DNA of 64,000 bases from Malacoraja senta (GCA_038087875.1 CM075977.1:161200001-161264000); one strand, 5' to 3'; positions 37,201 to 50,745 are shown, counted from the first letter of the stretch. Notes: generated by a model not told the origin, from the sequence alone. Made by a program: numbers and translations.

Positions 37201-39932
37201 AGTGGTCACTTTCGACCGTGAAGGTTTTGCCAAAGATAAAGTCTTTAAATTTTGAGCAGGCAAAAACAACGGCGAGCAGTTCTTTATCGAACTGGGCATA
37301 GCGTTGCTCAGTTTCAGTCAAAGTGCGTGAAGCGTAGGAGATAGGCATCACGTCGCCGTCGATGGCTGTTTGTAGGCATGCTGCACCTAGCCCATACTGG
37401 GATGCATCGCAGGTGATAGTGACTGGCAGGTTGAGATTGAAGTATGCCAGTGTGGGTGCGCTGACTAGCTGGAGTTTTAAAGTCTCGAAGGCCCTTTGGT
37501 GTTGCGGGTACCAAGACCACGCATTGTCCTTGTGGGTCAGTTGTCGTAAGGGAGCAGAAAGTTCACTGAGGTTGGGAATAAATTTACCCAGGTAGTTGAC
37601 CATGCCGAGGAATCGCTGTAAGCTGGTGACATCGGTTGGGACCGGCAGCTCGTTGATGGCTGCAGTCTTTAACGGATCAGGTTTTAGTCCGTTGCTGGAG
37701 AACAGATGACCGACGTAGGTGACTTCGGGAACTCTGAACTTGCATTTCAGAGGGTTAAGTTTCAGATTAATGTCTCTGGCACGATTCAGTACTTTTCTCA
37801 GGTTGGCATCATGCTCGGTCACGTCACGGCCGTATACTAGGATGTCGTCAACAATGATGGCACATGGATATTCTGCGAATAGTTGTTCCATTGCGCGCTG
37901 AAAGACTTCGCCGAAGGGCATCTTTAAAAACCTGTAGAGGCCGAATGGTGTGGCAAAAGTTGTTAGGGCAGACGATGCTCAGTCCAGCGGTATTTGCCAG
38001 AAAGAGCTTTTGGCATCGAGGACTGAGAATACCGTTGCATTGCCGATCTGTGCCGCCACATCCTCAGTGGTTCTCATCGGATAGTGTTGCCGTTTAATTG
38101 CTGTATTTAAATCTTTAGGGATGATGCAGATCTGTAATTCTTTCTTGTCTTTCTTGGTGGTAACGACCATGGTGGAGACCCAGTCCGAGGGTTCGCTGAC
38201 CTCGGCAATGACTTCAATGGAGATCATGCGCTTGAGTTTGGCGTGTATTCTCTCCCACATGCCATGGGGAACGCGGTGAGGTGCACGAATTATTGGAGTG
38301 ACAGTGTGATCCACAGTGATCTTGTATATTGTAGGCAACTTGCCAAGTTTGTCATCAAGCAAGTCTTTATAGTTGGATAGCATCTGCTGTGTTGGTTCCT
38401 CTGTCAAACAGAGTTTGTGGACAGCACGCCCGAAATAAACCAGCCCTAGATCATGGCATGCATTGATGCCAAGCAGGGTTTCTGAGTTTGGTTGGACAAT
38501 GTAAAAAATAAGGTTTTTTGTCTGCTCATTGACAGTGCATTTTAAATCAGCTTTACCCAACGGGTGAAGAACTTCCCCCCCGTAAGCATGTAGGGTGGAG
38601 GAGTATATTTTCATGAGTTCAGTGGTTCTTATCTTGTTGAACTCTTTGAGTGACATTACGTTCACTCTGGCACCAGTGTCGACTTTGGCATTCAAAGCCT
38701 TGTTATTGATTATCATGGTCACCGCAGGATCCATTAGTTTGCCTGGGGAGCACAGGTTAAGGGAAAGTACAGTTGAGTCAGTGTCTGTGTTATCGGAATT
38801 GTTCCCGTGGGAAACATCGTCTTGTTCTTGGGAATCAAAATCAGACGGCTCTTGTTGAATCAGGTGCAGATTTGTCCTTGAAGCAGTTCCCACACGACCG
38901 ACAACAAGTGGCAAAATGGTTTAGTTTCTTGCACTTGTGACAAACTTTCCCATGGGCAACGCAGTGCTGGCGCCCCCTAGAGTGGAAATAGTCTCATGGC
39001 AGGCATGTTCGGATCTTTGCGGGGCGCGTTTAAAATTTTCTGCGGAGAATAGTTAGCTAGATTTACGTTATGTTGCGGTTGAGGACTGGTGTGGTCAAAA
39101 TCAGCCAGTGGGGCTACAGTTTCTGCCATTCGACGAATGAATGGCTTGCTCTAAAGTCAGTTCAGCGTTCCGAAGCAATTCAGCTCTTAGCTTGCGGTCG
39201 CTCATTCCTCCCACAATTTTGTCAACTCACCGAAGCGGCACCGTGAACTCTTGTGTCATAGGTCGCTGATAAATTGTTCGACAGGCTCGTCAGCCTGTTG
39301 CTATCGGGCAAAAAATCTTGTTCTCTGGAGAATACGATTCAATGGCACGTCGCACAGTTCTCTAAACTTTCTCAGTAGGACCATCGGGTTGTCGATAGTT
39401 TCAGCTGGCACCAGTACCTCACCGTTCGCGTCGAGGTGTGCTGGGGCGAATTCAAAGGTGTCTGCGCGGATCATTGCTTCCGGACCCGCTAGATTTAGCA
39501 GTAGCGATGCCTTCAGATCATCAGGGTCGTTTCGGTGAACTATGCGGATATAGTGAGCATAGTCTCGCTCAAACATTCGCCAGCGCTCGGCTATGTCAGA
39601 ATCAAATACAAGCGGACTTGGCTTTCGACAGGAGTTAGCCTTGTCGTCAAAATCATTCACAAATAAAAACTGATAAACAAAATAACTCGCGGTAAACAGA
39701 CACGGGCTAGACCCAATTTTCTGACACCATATAAATTACTTAATCTCACACAGGTTAAAGCACAAGAATCTTTATTGTCTAGTTCATCATCTCATATGCA
39801 GTACATTACACGTTCAGTCGACTGCAGCTACTGAAGACCAGTAGGCGGGTTCTTACACTATAAATCATATAATTAGGCGGAGTTAGAATTACTAAGCATT
39901 CTGATTGGCTAACATGCAATAGCCAATCTACA
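34218..39932 (-). mobile_element. Gypsy (Mag-like) LTR retrotransposon 1, full-length but frameshifted
   Basis: LTRs 39730-39932 and 34218-35469 (the latter split by a DNA element; about 14 differences in about 203 bp); TSD ccttt; PBS TGGTGTCAGAA (tRNA-Leu-type) 39719-39729; gag, protease VDTGA, RT IVDD, RNase H DAS, integrase HHCC and DDE in Gypsy order. Confidence 0.93.
34333..35374 (-). mobile_element. TAG..CTA DNA transposon copy 2, inserted in the Gypsy-1 3' LTR
   Basis: Reverse complement of 19817-20856; TSD ccagtag at 34326-34332 and 35375-35381; empty site gaagaccagtaggcg in the sister LTR. Confidence 0.9.
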
Positions 39933-40299
39933 CCTTTCAAGCTTGACAATATCTTTCCTATAACTTGGTACCCAGAACTGAACACAATATTCTAAATGTG
40001 GTCTCACTAACATCTTAGACAACTGCAACATGACCTCCTAACTTCTATACTCAATACTCTGACTGATGAAGGCCAAAGTGCCAAAAGCCTTTTTGACAAA
40101 GCCTTATCATGGACAATCGGCAATAACGGACACCACCGCCTCCACTATGGTCCGTTATAACGAGAGTTTACTGTAAATGGACCAAAGAGGAGGGATCGAT
40201 GTCTGTTTGTGCTGATAACTGCAGATGATGGTTAATAGTCACATAATAGACAAAAGATGGTCTCCCAATAGTCTTACTGTCTCTGACTGCATTCTATCT

Positions 40300-40480
40300 T
40301 TGTCCCATCCACTCGCCTGACATCAGTCTGAAGAAGGGTCTCGACCCGAAACGTCACCCATTCCTTCCCTCCAGAGATGCTGCCTCACCTGCTGAGTTAC
40401 TCCAGCATTTTGTGTCTACCTTCAAAGGACATAAAGTGCTGGAGTAATTCAGCAGGTCAGAGTTACTCCAGCACTTCATG
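40300..40480 (+). mobile_element. Penelope-tail element with intact hammerhead core at 40328-40355
   Basis: ctgaaga-a-gggtctcgaccc-gaaacgtc followed by the gatgctg..cagcat hairpin. Confidence 0.8.
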
Positions 40481-41059
40481 TCATTTCATTTTAAAACTTG
40501 GCACCGATGCTGCTGGTCTGCACCAGCGAGCCCTTCTCCACTGGTTCACACGGCAGTTGTTGCAGCTCATGTTGTAGCCCCCGACAGGATGCACTTTCTT
40601 CAGGTAGCCAATGACCGGACGTTCTTATCACCATGGCGCTCCCTCCCCTTTCACTTGCTGTCGTTTCCAAGGTGGAGGATGTTGGCGACTCTGGGTGAGA
40701 AGGACGAAGTGGGATCGGGGGAGAGGAGGGGGTGTGGGTGAGGGGAAAAGAGCCTGAACGGCAGGAGAAGCAGATGGCAGCGGTCGAGCGGGCAGAGGAA
40801 AAAGCCAACGCTGACAGCAAGATACAAACACAGCAGGTGAGAGGGTAGGGAGCCCCACTGCGACTGAGCATGTCCGGTCGTTGGCAAGGGCCTGAAGGAA
40901 GCACTATCCCGAGGGGCTACAACATGAGCCGCAACTACAGCCGTGTCACCGTGCGATGGGTGAAGAAGGGTTTGTTGGTGCACCTTGCGAGTCACGAGTG
41001 GGTTTGGAAGCCAGGGCTCTAAATGGCAGGGGAGAAGGTGCGAGCTGCGGATAGCATCA

Positions 41060-41124
41060 GCAGTTCCATCCACTATGTCCCAAATCTGTTATAACAGGGG
41101 TCAGTAAAACGAGGGTTTACTGTA
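41060..41124. mobile_element. pogo/Tigger-like TIR end (a similar end lies at about 40105-40175)
   Basis: ..gttataac..acgag(a/g)gtttactg|ta termini. Confidence 0.5.
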
Positions 41125-41551
41125 TTGTCATTGCGAAACAGTTAGGAGAGAAAATTGAGAGCATATTTGAAGGGGATTTTGGGAAGCAGCATTGCCCAGT
41201 AAATTAGAGAAGGCTTGACAGGAAATTCAGAATTACAGAGGATAAGAGGAAAATTGAACGGAATGGAGGGGTTGTGGGGTGGTGCGTGGGGACCAGGCAG
41301 AGTTGAAACATGAAAAACCTAAACATTGAGCTAGCAGAAATAGAATTAGACAAGACCAAGGGGGGATTTCAATGTTTAGATGTAAAGAAATAACTCTTTC
41401 ACGATCGGAAAGAGCACTCACCACTCAAAATGCCATCTGTGGCCGCTCAGGGAATTTCAACAGAGCTCTTGTAATTTTGTCCGGATTATTAAATTAAATT
41501 GATTATAGGGGTGAACGGACCATCAGTTGCTGGAATAACGGTGTTCAACCT

Positions 41552-44500
41552 TGTAAATAGGTAATTTCCACAATCTGAAGTTCAAGATCATCTTTAATCA
41601 GTACCCATATTATAACGGTACAGCAGGTCGTTAGTTGTTAGTTCATAGTGACCGCTTCCAAGACTGACTAGTGTAGGAAGTGGGTGTTAGTATGAATCAT
41701 ACAGTAAGGTGGGGTTAGTGATGCTATTCTACTGATTGGTTCACATGCATTAACCAATCTATATCCTTCCTCGTAAAGAGTGAATATAGTTAAACACACA
41801 TGCCGCCAGAATTCAAACATACTCGCCATATCTGTCAGGCGGTCTACTAATACAGCCGGAACGCGTACGGACCAAGCCCTCTCCCCCTTCGCCAGAAAAA
41901 TTAGAAGGAGGCGGTGAACCCGGAAGTGAGAAAGCAGCAGGGGACACCCGTGGTGACCGACAGGGGGAGCATGCGGGGGAGGTAGTTTTGTTGTTAGTCA
42001 TAGCCGCCGGTCGTGGTGGGGTAAGGGACATGCTGGAACTGGTGGTGGACGCGGCAGCAGACGGCTGGAACAGTAGAGGTGGAGCGAAAGGATCAGCTGG
42101 TGGTGGACGTGGTGGAAATTCCATCGGTTAGCAAAGTGTTTGAAGGCGTGACTGGTAAATTGTCTTTCGTTGTCAGTCTGCAGGCAGACAGGTGCGCCGA
42201 ATGTGGAGAAGTGTTTCTGTAGCTTTTGAATGACCATCTCTGATGTGATAGAAGGCAGTAAGTCAAGCTCGAACCAGTTAGAATAGGAGTCAACTAGGAC
42301 TAGATAATGTTTTCCGTGCCATCGAAAATGTCTGCCGCCAGCGATGTCAAGGGCAGTGCTGGTGGAAGTTGTTGCAGCAGGGGCTGTCTCTGTTGGTGCG
42401 GCGCCAGGTTGTTGCAGATGGGGCAAGAGGCCGTTTTGTCCCGTATGTACTTGGTCATGCCGGGCCAGTAAAACATATTCTGTGCGTGGGCCAGCGTGGC
42501 ATCGGTGCCTGGGTGGCCGCTGTGTGCCTCTTTATAGTATTCGTCACGTAATGATGAAGGGATCATGACTTTGTGGCCCTTAACTATGACACCGTCCTGT
42601 ATTACCAGTTCATCACGGACTAAGAAGAACGGCTGCACCTCCGGTGGTGTGCTGGATTGCCTGTCTTGGCCAGCCTCTCTTGATTATGGATGAGAGGAGC
42701 TGGAGGGTGGCGTCAGCAGCTGTGTGTTCGGCTAGACGGCGCAATTGTTTTGTTGGAACAAAGTCAATGCTGAGAACCGTAAACTCGTCCCGTTCGTAGG
42801 GGTGTCGTTCGTTGGATGCCGGTGGTGCGCGAGAGAGAGTGTCACCCACGAGCATGTCCTTGCCCTTTTTGTAAATAATCTTGGTCAAATCGCTGGAGTT
42901 GCATCATCATACGCTGCAGACGTGCAGGTGCTGCGTGGATAGGTTGGTTGAGGATAGTCACCAGGGGCTGGTGGTCTGTCCCAACCGTGAAAACATTCCC
43001 AAAGACAAAGTCCTTGAATTTAGAACAAGCGAAGACCACAGCCAGCAGCTCTTTCTCAATTTGCGCATAGCGCTGTTCGGTGTCGGTCATGGTGCGGAAG
43101 GCATAGGAGACAGGATGTAAAGTCCCATCGGCAGATGGTTGTACGCAGGCGGCACCAAGCCCGTATCGAGAGGCATCGCAGGTAACTGTCACAGGGCACT
43201 TCAAGTCGGAAAATGTCAATGTGGGAGCGCTGGTCAGCCTCGATTTTAAAGCGTCAAATGCTTTTTGGTGTTGCTGGAACCAGGACCAGGCAGTATCCTT
43301 TCGAGTTAGTTGTCTCAGAGGCGAACTCAGTTCACTGAGGTTCGGTATGAACTTTCCCAGATAGTTCACCATACCCAGGAATCGCTGCAGGCTAAACACG
43401 TCGGTGGGGGCTGGCATCTGTGATGGCAGCAGTTTTTTTCGGATCTGGTTTGAGACCATCAGGAGTGAAAACATGTCCGACATAGGTGAGCTCTGGAACC
43501 CTGAACTTGCACTTGTTAGGGTTGAATTTCAGGTTGATCTGACGTGCCCGGTCCATGATAAGCTTTAGGTTGTTGTCATGCTCCGCTGTGTCTTTGCCAT
43601 AAACCAGGATATCGTCTACGATGATGGCACATGGGAGGCCCTGGAACAGCAGTTCCATGTTTCTCTGGAAGACTTCACTGGCTGAGTTAATGCCGAATGG
43701 CGTTCTTAGAAACTTAAACCTGCCAATTGGAGTGGCAAACGTGGTCAGGTTTGACGACTCATCATCTAGCGGTATCTGCCAAAATGAGCTTTTTGCGTCG
43801 AGGACTGAAAATACGGTGGCTCGTCCGATCTGCGTAGCGACGTCCTCGACAGTCCTCATAGGATAATCTGGACGCCTGATGGCAGCGTTCAAATCCTTTG
43901 GATTGATGCATACGCGGAGCTCGTTTTTATCCTTCTTGAGGGTGGCAACCATAGTGGAAACCCAGTCAGTGGGTTCACTGATCTCGGCTAGCACGCCTAA
44001 GGAGACCATGTTCTTTAGCTCAGACTCAATCGTGTCTCTCATAGCGTGTGGCACACGGTGAGGTGCGCGGACAACTGGGTCAACATTGGGGTCAATGGAT
44101 ATCTTGCAGGTCACAGGCAGCTTGCCTAGTTTGCCATCAAACAGATCAGGGTACTCTTTTACCGGATCCACAGATATCAATAGCTTGTGAACTGACTGGT
44201 CAAAGGAAACCAGCCCTAAGTCTTGGCATGCATGGATGCCCAGTAGAGTCACAGTCAGAATTCAAAACATAGGTCAGATTCCTTGTAGTGTTTTTCAGCA
44301 CACATTTAAAAGTGGTTCTTCCCAGGGGATACAAAATCCCCCCCCCCCCCCGTAAGCATGCAGAATGGACGTCTTTAGTCAAGGCCTCATTATTTCTTAT
44401 CTTGTTGTAGATGTGCACAGACATTACGTTAACTTTTGCACCAGTGTCTAGCTTGGCCTTGACGAGTTTATTGTTAATTGAAATCATAACTGAAGGATCG

Positions 44501-46093
44501 AGAATCTTACCAGCTGTGTGAAGGAGTGAATGCACGGTTGACTCCCCGTACAAGTTCATTGGACTGTCCTCGGGGGCAGAGTCAAGGTTCAAGGTTCAAG
44601 GTATTTTTATTAGTCACATTCACATACACCCAGGTATAGTGAAGTGAAATGCTTTTTGCCATTATGCAGCACACAAAAAAGAGAATACAGACATAACACC
44701 AAGATAGTCTTAACACTGAACATCCCCCCACAATGGCTCCCACCATGAGGGAAGGCACAAAGTCCAGTCCCCAACCCCAGTTCACCCATAGTCAGGCCCA
44801 TTGAGGCCTCCACAGTTGCCTCTACGGAGGCCCGATGTTCCAGGCCGTTCTCGCCGGGTGATGTTGCTCCGGCGTCGGGAGTGTCTTCCCAGCGGCCTGG
44901 GAACCCTGGAACGGCCGCTTCCGCACTGAGTCGAGCTGGTCTTGAGAAGCATGAGTTGTTTGGTCTTGTTGCAGCAGGTGCAGATTAGACGCTGAAATAG
45001 AGGGTCTTTTCCCACGGGCTCTGCAAGCGGCGGTGAAATGGTTCATCTTCTTGCAGTAATTGCAGGACTTTCCGTAAGCAGGACAGGTAGCTCGCCCCTT
45101 GTTGTGGAGGTAGTTACAGTTAGGACATCTCCGACGGGGCTCATTGGCGAATCCCCGATTAGCCGGTTGAGGGGCCTCAGTCATAAATCTTCTGTTATCG
45201 GTCGGTGTTTGTCGTCTGTTAAAACCCGTCATGTTTATGGTCTTCTCGGAATCAAACTGCTCGCTTAATGGAGCGACAAACTCAGACATACGACAGGCAT
45301 GTGTAGCCTGCTCAAGGGTTAAATCAGGATTCCGCAGTAACTCAGTCCTTAGCTTCTGATCATTCATCCCAGAAACTAGTTTATCCCTAATCAGCTCATT
45401 CGTCATGGTTTCGAATCGGCACCTCTGAGCCATGTATCCTAAATCACAAATAAATCTCTCTACCGGCTCATCAGTAAGCTGGTATCTCGCGAAGAATTTG
45501 GCTCTTTCTAAAATGCGGTTCGACATATCTCATGGAATTTACGCAGTAAAACATTAGGGTCATGCATAGACTCGGCAGGCACAACTACCTGATCATTGTC
45601 GTCTTGGACGGCTGGAGCGTATTCAAAAGTCCGAGTTCTCATCATTGTCTCGGGTCCCGCAAGGTTAAGTAGGAGGGAAGCCTTGACAGCGTCTGTTTCA
45701 TTTCGGTGGACGATATTGATGTAGTGTCCATAATCAATCTCAAATAGCCGCCATCGCTCGCCGATGTCGGAATCAAAGATAAGCATGATTGAGCCATAGT
45801 GAAGCAAGGGAAAAAAACTGATAAACAGAAATAAAACCCGGTAAACGGACGCAGTGGGTTACTCCAAGCTTTGACACCATGTAAATATGTAATTTCCACA
45901 ATCTGAAGTTCAAGATCATCTTTAATCATTACCCATAATATAACGGTACAGCAGGTCGTTAGTTATTAGTTCATCGTTACCGCTTCCAAGACTGACTAGT
46001 GTAGGAAGTGGGTGTTAGTATGAATCATACAGTAAGGTGGGGTTAGTGATGCTATTCTGCTATGATTGGTTCACATGCATTAACCAATCTACA
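41552..46093 (-). mobile_element. Gypsy (Mag-like) LTR retrotransposon 2, decayed
   Basis: LTRs 41552-41763 and 45880-46093 (about 8 substitutions + 1 indel); TSD aacct; PBS TGGTGTCA..; PPT GAGGAAGGA at 41764-41772; gag zinc knuckle CNYCKKMNHFTAAC, LDTGA, IVDD, DAS, integrase with 3' deletion. Confidence 0.93.
44584..44927 (-). mobile_element. GC-rich retroelement copy 6 (3' part) inside Gypsy-2 gag-pro
   Basis: TSD gagtc at 44579-44583 and 44928-44932; removal rejoins QDQLDS|APEDSP; (ccttgaa)n tail. Confidence 0.8.
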
Positions 46094-46999
46094 AACCTGT
46101 ACTGCAAGTAATTGCAAAATTCAAGTTTTAACAGAATGGCTAAGATAAAACAGAGTAACAAATCTTTGCAACATCCTGGATTTATTTCTAATTGAAAAGC
46201 AATTTCGAAAACTATCAGTTCTAATAACTGCAGAGTTATAATACTAAACTAGTGAAGGATCTCAGTTGAGAAAAAGCACTAAAACCAGTAATAACACCAG
46301 CATATCTCTGCCATGAATGAAATTAAATCTGAAGGTTCAAATAGTATGTACTTCATTTTGTGGGCACTGAAATTATGGTTCAATTTAGCAATCAGTGAGG
46401 TCTAATTTTCAGACCAAACCAAACTCCAGTAATCCAATACAAATGTGTTACAAGATAATGGAATAGCAAAATAAAAATGAAACCGTGTGAAACTAATTTT
46501 AAATGTCAAGTTGAAGACTGAGTTGAAACTTGAAGGCTTCTTTACAACATACAAGATTGCAATAGGGCATGACGGGAAAGACAGTGAGATGTTTTCCTAG
46601 TGGGTAATTCTCAGACGATGGAACACAGTCACAAGATATCGACTGGTCTTTTATAATGGAGGTGCATAAACGTTTCTTTTTGCAGAGGGTGTAGAATTTC
46701 TGGAATTTTCTGCTCCAAAGATTGTTCATTAGAAGTATTTAAGATGGAGACATATACTTGAAAAATTAGGGAATTGAGGGCTATGAGGAACTGGCACAGA
46801 AAAAGAGTTGAGATCAGCAGAGATCAGCCACCATCACACTGATTGGTTTGCAGAACCGGGTGCTCTAATTCTGCTCTTGTGTTCTTGTGAGACATTTCTT
46901 GATTAGGACAGGTGTCAGAGGTTATGGGGAGAAGGCAGGAAAATGGGGTTAGGAGGGAGAGATAGATCAGCCATGATTGAATGGCAGAGAGTAGATTTT

Positions 47000-47323
47000 A
47001 GTTTAGTTTATAAGTTTGTTCATTAGAAGTACAGCACGGAAACAGGTCCTTCGGCCCACCGAGTCCGCGTCGACCAGCGATCCCTGCATATTAACACTAT
47101 CCTACACACACTAGGGACAATTTTTACATTTACCAAGCCAATTTACCTACATACCTGTACGTCTTTGGAGAGTGGGAGGAAACCGAAATTCTCGGAGAAA
47201 ACACATGCATGCAGATCATGGGGAGAACGTACAAACTCCATACAGACAGCACCCGTAGTCAGGATAGAACCCGAGCCTCTGGCACTGCAAGGCAGCAACT
47301 CTACCGCTGTGCACCGTGCCGCC
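47000..47323 (-). mobile_element. Full-length HE1-like SINE inside a CR1 3' UTR remnant
   Basis: Minus-strand head ggcggcacggtgcacagcggtagagttg, core and aaact tail. Confidence 0.85.
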
Positions 47324-50060
47324 ATCAAAGTAAGACTTGATGGGCCAAATGGCCTAATTCTACTCCTATCACTTATGACATGACATTTCTTCAGAATTTG
47401 TAGAAAAGCAAATGACACTTGTTTAATTAATAAAAAGTTTGATTCACATTTTCAATATTTAAGAATTAGAAACAGTAGTAGAAGGAAGAGATGTTTTCAG
47501 AGTTCTGATGCACAACAACAAAAAAATGCAATATGTGGGGATACCGTTTATACATGAAATATTATTGCAATATTTGTTAAATTATATTATCCAGGGTAAA
47601 TTTTCTCAAACTATTGTCAGAGTGCAGATGTCTTAGGAGGAACCATACAATATGGAACTGCATCCGTCTTTGAAAATTGCATGCATTAAATTGGATTACA
47701 TTTATCAAACCAAAATCAATGAGCCAGTGTTGCTCCCAACAACTGCAGATTTGTGATTTTGCTCCACCAGGCAGGTGCAAGTGTTTTTTAATAATTGTGA
47801 GTACTGGAGCAGAAGTACTAGAACTGAGTTTCTGTGAATTAAGGCGTGGTCACATTCACTTGCAAATCTTCAGTTAAATAGAATACAGAATATCTGTGAA
47901 TTTAGAAGGAACAGCATTTTCAGACTTATTCAACCCTGTCTATAAACTAAGTAACTACAGAGTTATGTCAAACATTAATTGATGAAGGACTTCTCACCAT
48001 GGAACTGAAAATTTGTTGCATCAAACACCTTCCCCTTGCTGGGGTTAGTCATGGCAACAGCTTATCATCTCCAAACAGCTCACTTAACAACCAGTTATTT
48101 TCAGAACAAAGACCTCAAGGGACAATTTCATCTAATTGTTTTGGCACGCTATGCACAGTAGGATATATGAACAAGAATTGAAATGAAATCCCACTACAAA
48201 TACAGTGATCATAACCATCAGGTTATATTATACGATCATTACACATGAATGTGCATCACCACACTTCTATTTCTTTGAAGGAGGGAGGAAAAGTAATATT
48301 TTACCAATACAAAACGTCCATTTGTAAAAACATGACCAAGAAAAGGAATTAATTGTTGCAGCACCTGAATTAAATGATTCAGTGTGGTAACATACTGAAA
48401 TGTCAGAACAGTCACAATTGTTACAAAGAAGTGTTATCATTGTGTATTAATGCAGGGCGACACAGCGTGATGAGCTGGGTGAAGCAAAGGTGGAAATTAG
48501 AGCTCCGACATTTAAATTGGTGTTTTTGACAGAACAGCAGAAAAAGCAACAACTTTGAGTTATGCAGAACCCTTCCAGTCACATCAAACTCCATCAACCA
48601 TTACTCTCTACTGCATCATTAAGCCTATTTTGGGTCCCACAAATGTTTTACATTTAGTAGGATCAACAATCCTCCTTGTAACCGTGTCAAAAAATCTGTA
48701 GTTCATTAATTACCATCTTCCCTGAAACAATTCCATGTTGACTGTCCTTAAGCAATCTACTCCTTTAGGATAATTATTTGTTTTATCCATTATATTTTTT
48801 CTGTGATATGCCCATTGCTGATGTAATTATTGCCAAATATGATTCAACAATTTATTTTTAAACACTATTTTCTCCTTTCAGTTTTGGCTGCTAATAATTT
48901 CAATCAAAGGGGAAATCGTAAAGCTATTTCTTCATAACTAGTTTTCTGTTGTTGGCAACACCCTGGTGGATTTATACGTGTGGCTCCTTAACCTGCTTTC
49001 AATTACGGAGTGGCAAAATACATATTTCTTTGTATGGCCTGACAGGTTTTACATGATCACAGCACCACCTTATTCGCTCAATTAAAAATTATAAATTTTA
49101 CTAATGTCCTAACCAATACACTCAGGGAATTACAAAAAATATTGGCACTTCTGTCATCCATGCCTTAGAGCCTGTGTATATTCCCACTCCTATTCTTCCC
49201 TCACAAACTTAGTTCCCTCCTGAAAAAGCAACATTCAACTGCACCAGGTGTCTACTAGTTGATTATGCTAACATTTCCATTTCATCCTGAAGTCTTTATC
49301 GGTTCTCAATTTACAAAATATATGCAACTTCAATATCATTAGCATACTTGAGTTTATGCTACCCTTGTTGTAGTCCAAAATCTCTAGAAATACCCAGAAC
49401 TAAACTGGTCGCTGAGCTGACCCCTAGGAGTCAACAGTTTGAGCAAGACCCTGAAGATAAATCATTAACCTGAAAAACGTTGTCTCTCCACGGTTACCAC
49501 CAGATCTGCTGTATCTTACTGTTATTCATTTGAAACAGCACTCAGTTTCCTATTTGTCAAGAATTTTTTTTCCTGGGCTTTGTCTCAGACCCTGTCTGAA
49601 CTTTTCTAAAAACAAATTCACTGTTATTATACTCTTTCTAAAAAAAAATTATCTATCTTCCATCGCTTGCATTATTTTTAATATCTCAACAGCTTTTGTT
49701 AATTCTCAAATATAATTTTCCTTGAACAGACGTAATATTGGCTCACTCTGAATTAATGCCAAAAGCTAATTTTATCTCAAATCATGGATTCAAAGGTTTT
49801 AACCATCAAATGTGAAAATTGCTCCACGTCTTTCCAATTAAGAATTTTGTATTCCTTCACAGCAGTCACCTTAATAGAGCAGCATTACACTAACTAATGC
49901 TTGATTAGGACAATTTTACATTATCAGATTAGCCTGTAGAGAGTATAACGACAATTCCTGCAGAACAAACAGATGATGCATCAGCCCTGATGAGTTCACA
50001 CCCAAAGATAATGTTTGTGTAGTAAACTCCAATGAAGAAAAATGTTTGTAAAATCCTCAC

Positions 50061-50144
50061 CTCTTCCGGCAGGTGAAGAATTGTGTATTCCTCAGAGCTG
50101 AAAGCCGAAAGAGCCTTGTATGCTGAACCGGCTATGAGGGAGTT
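50061..50144 (-). CDS. FOCAD: FOCAD exon G: NSLIAGSAYKALSAFSSEEYTILHLPEE
   Basis: ttgcag acceptor, gtgagg donor; 84 nt; TILHLPE motif. Confidence 0.93.
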
Positions 50145-50462
50145 CTGCAAAGAACAAAAACAATACCTTCTTATATAACATTTGTGAAACAATATACTAC
50201 CAAAATCCAATTACAACACCAAAACACCAAGAATTCCTTCTTGCTGACCCAATTATTTTAATATATTATAAGATACAATAATTGCACACAAACATTAGGA
50301 CATCAGGAAGTACAACAGTAATGGTTGTAAAGTGATTAAGAATATGGAAGCCTAAACAATTAGCTGAGGAATAAAAATTCAAATCCCTATTGCAACTAAA
50401 TAATTCATTTTATACAGCATCTGTACAATCCTGTAATAAATGATCCATGTGCAAGAAGTAAT

Positions 50463-50745
50463 GGCAGGACAGTGGTGCAGCTGCTAGAGCCGGGTTCGAT
50501 TCTGACCTTGGGTGCTATCTTTGTGAAGTTTGCATGTTCTCCGTGACCGCTTTGGATTTCTCCAGGTGCTCTGGTTTCTGCCAACATCCCAAAGCCGTGC
50601 TGGTTTGTGTGTTAATTGGCCCCTGCAAATTGGTCCTAGGTATAGGGAGCCAATGCAAAAGTGGGATAACATAGAACTAGTGTGAACAGGTGACTGGTCG
50701 TCAGTGGGGACTCAATAGGGCTGTTTCCATGCTGTATTTTTCAAT
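50463..50745 (+). mobile_element. HE1-like SINE
   Basis: A box, gggttcgattc B box and SINE core. Confidence 0.8.

Noticed and set aside
34218-46093. Domesticated or active Gypsy genes, or a tandem duplication of one provirus
   Set aside because: Both have multiple frameshifts and stops, and they differ in LTR sequence and TSD
25835-50060. Intronic miRNA equivalent to mammalian miR-491, or extra FOCAD exons in the 24-kb intron
   Set aside because: No such hairpin recognised by eye, and exons G and H join in frame with no missing protein; small alternative exons cannot be excluded without RNA data
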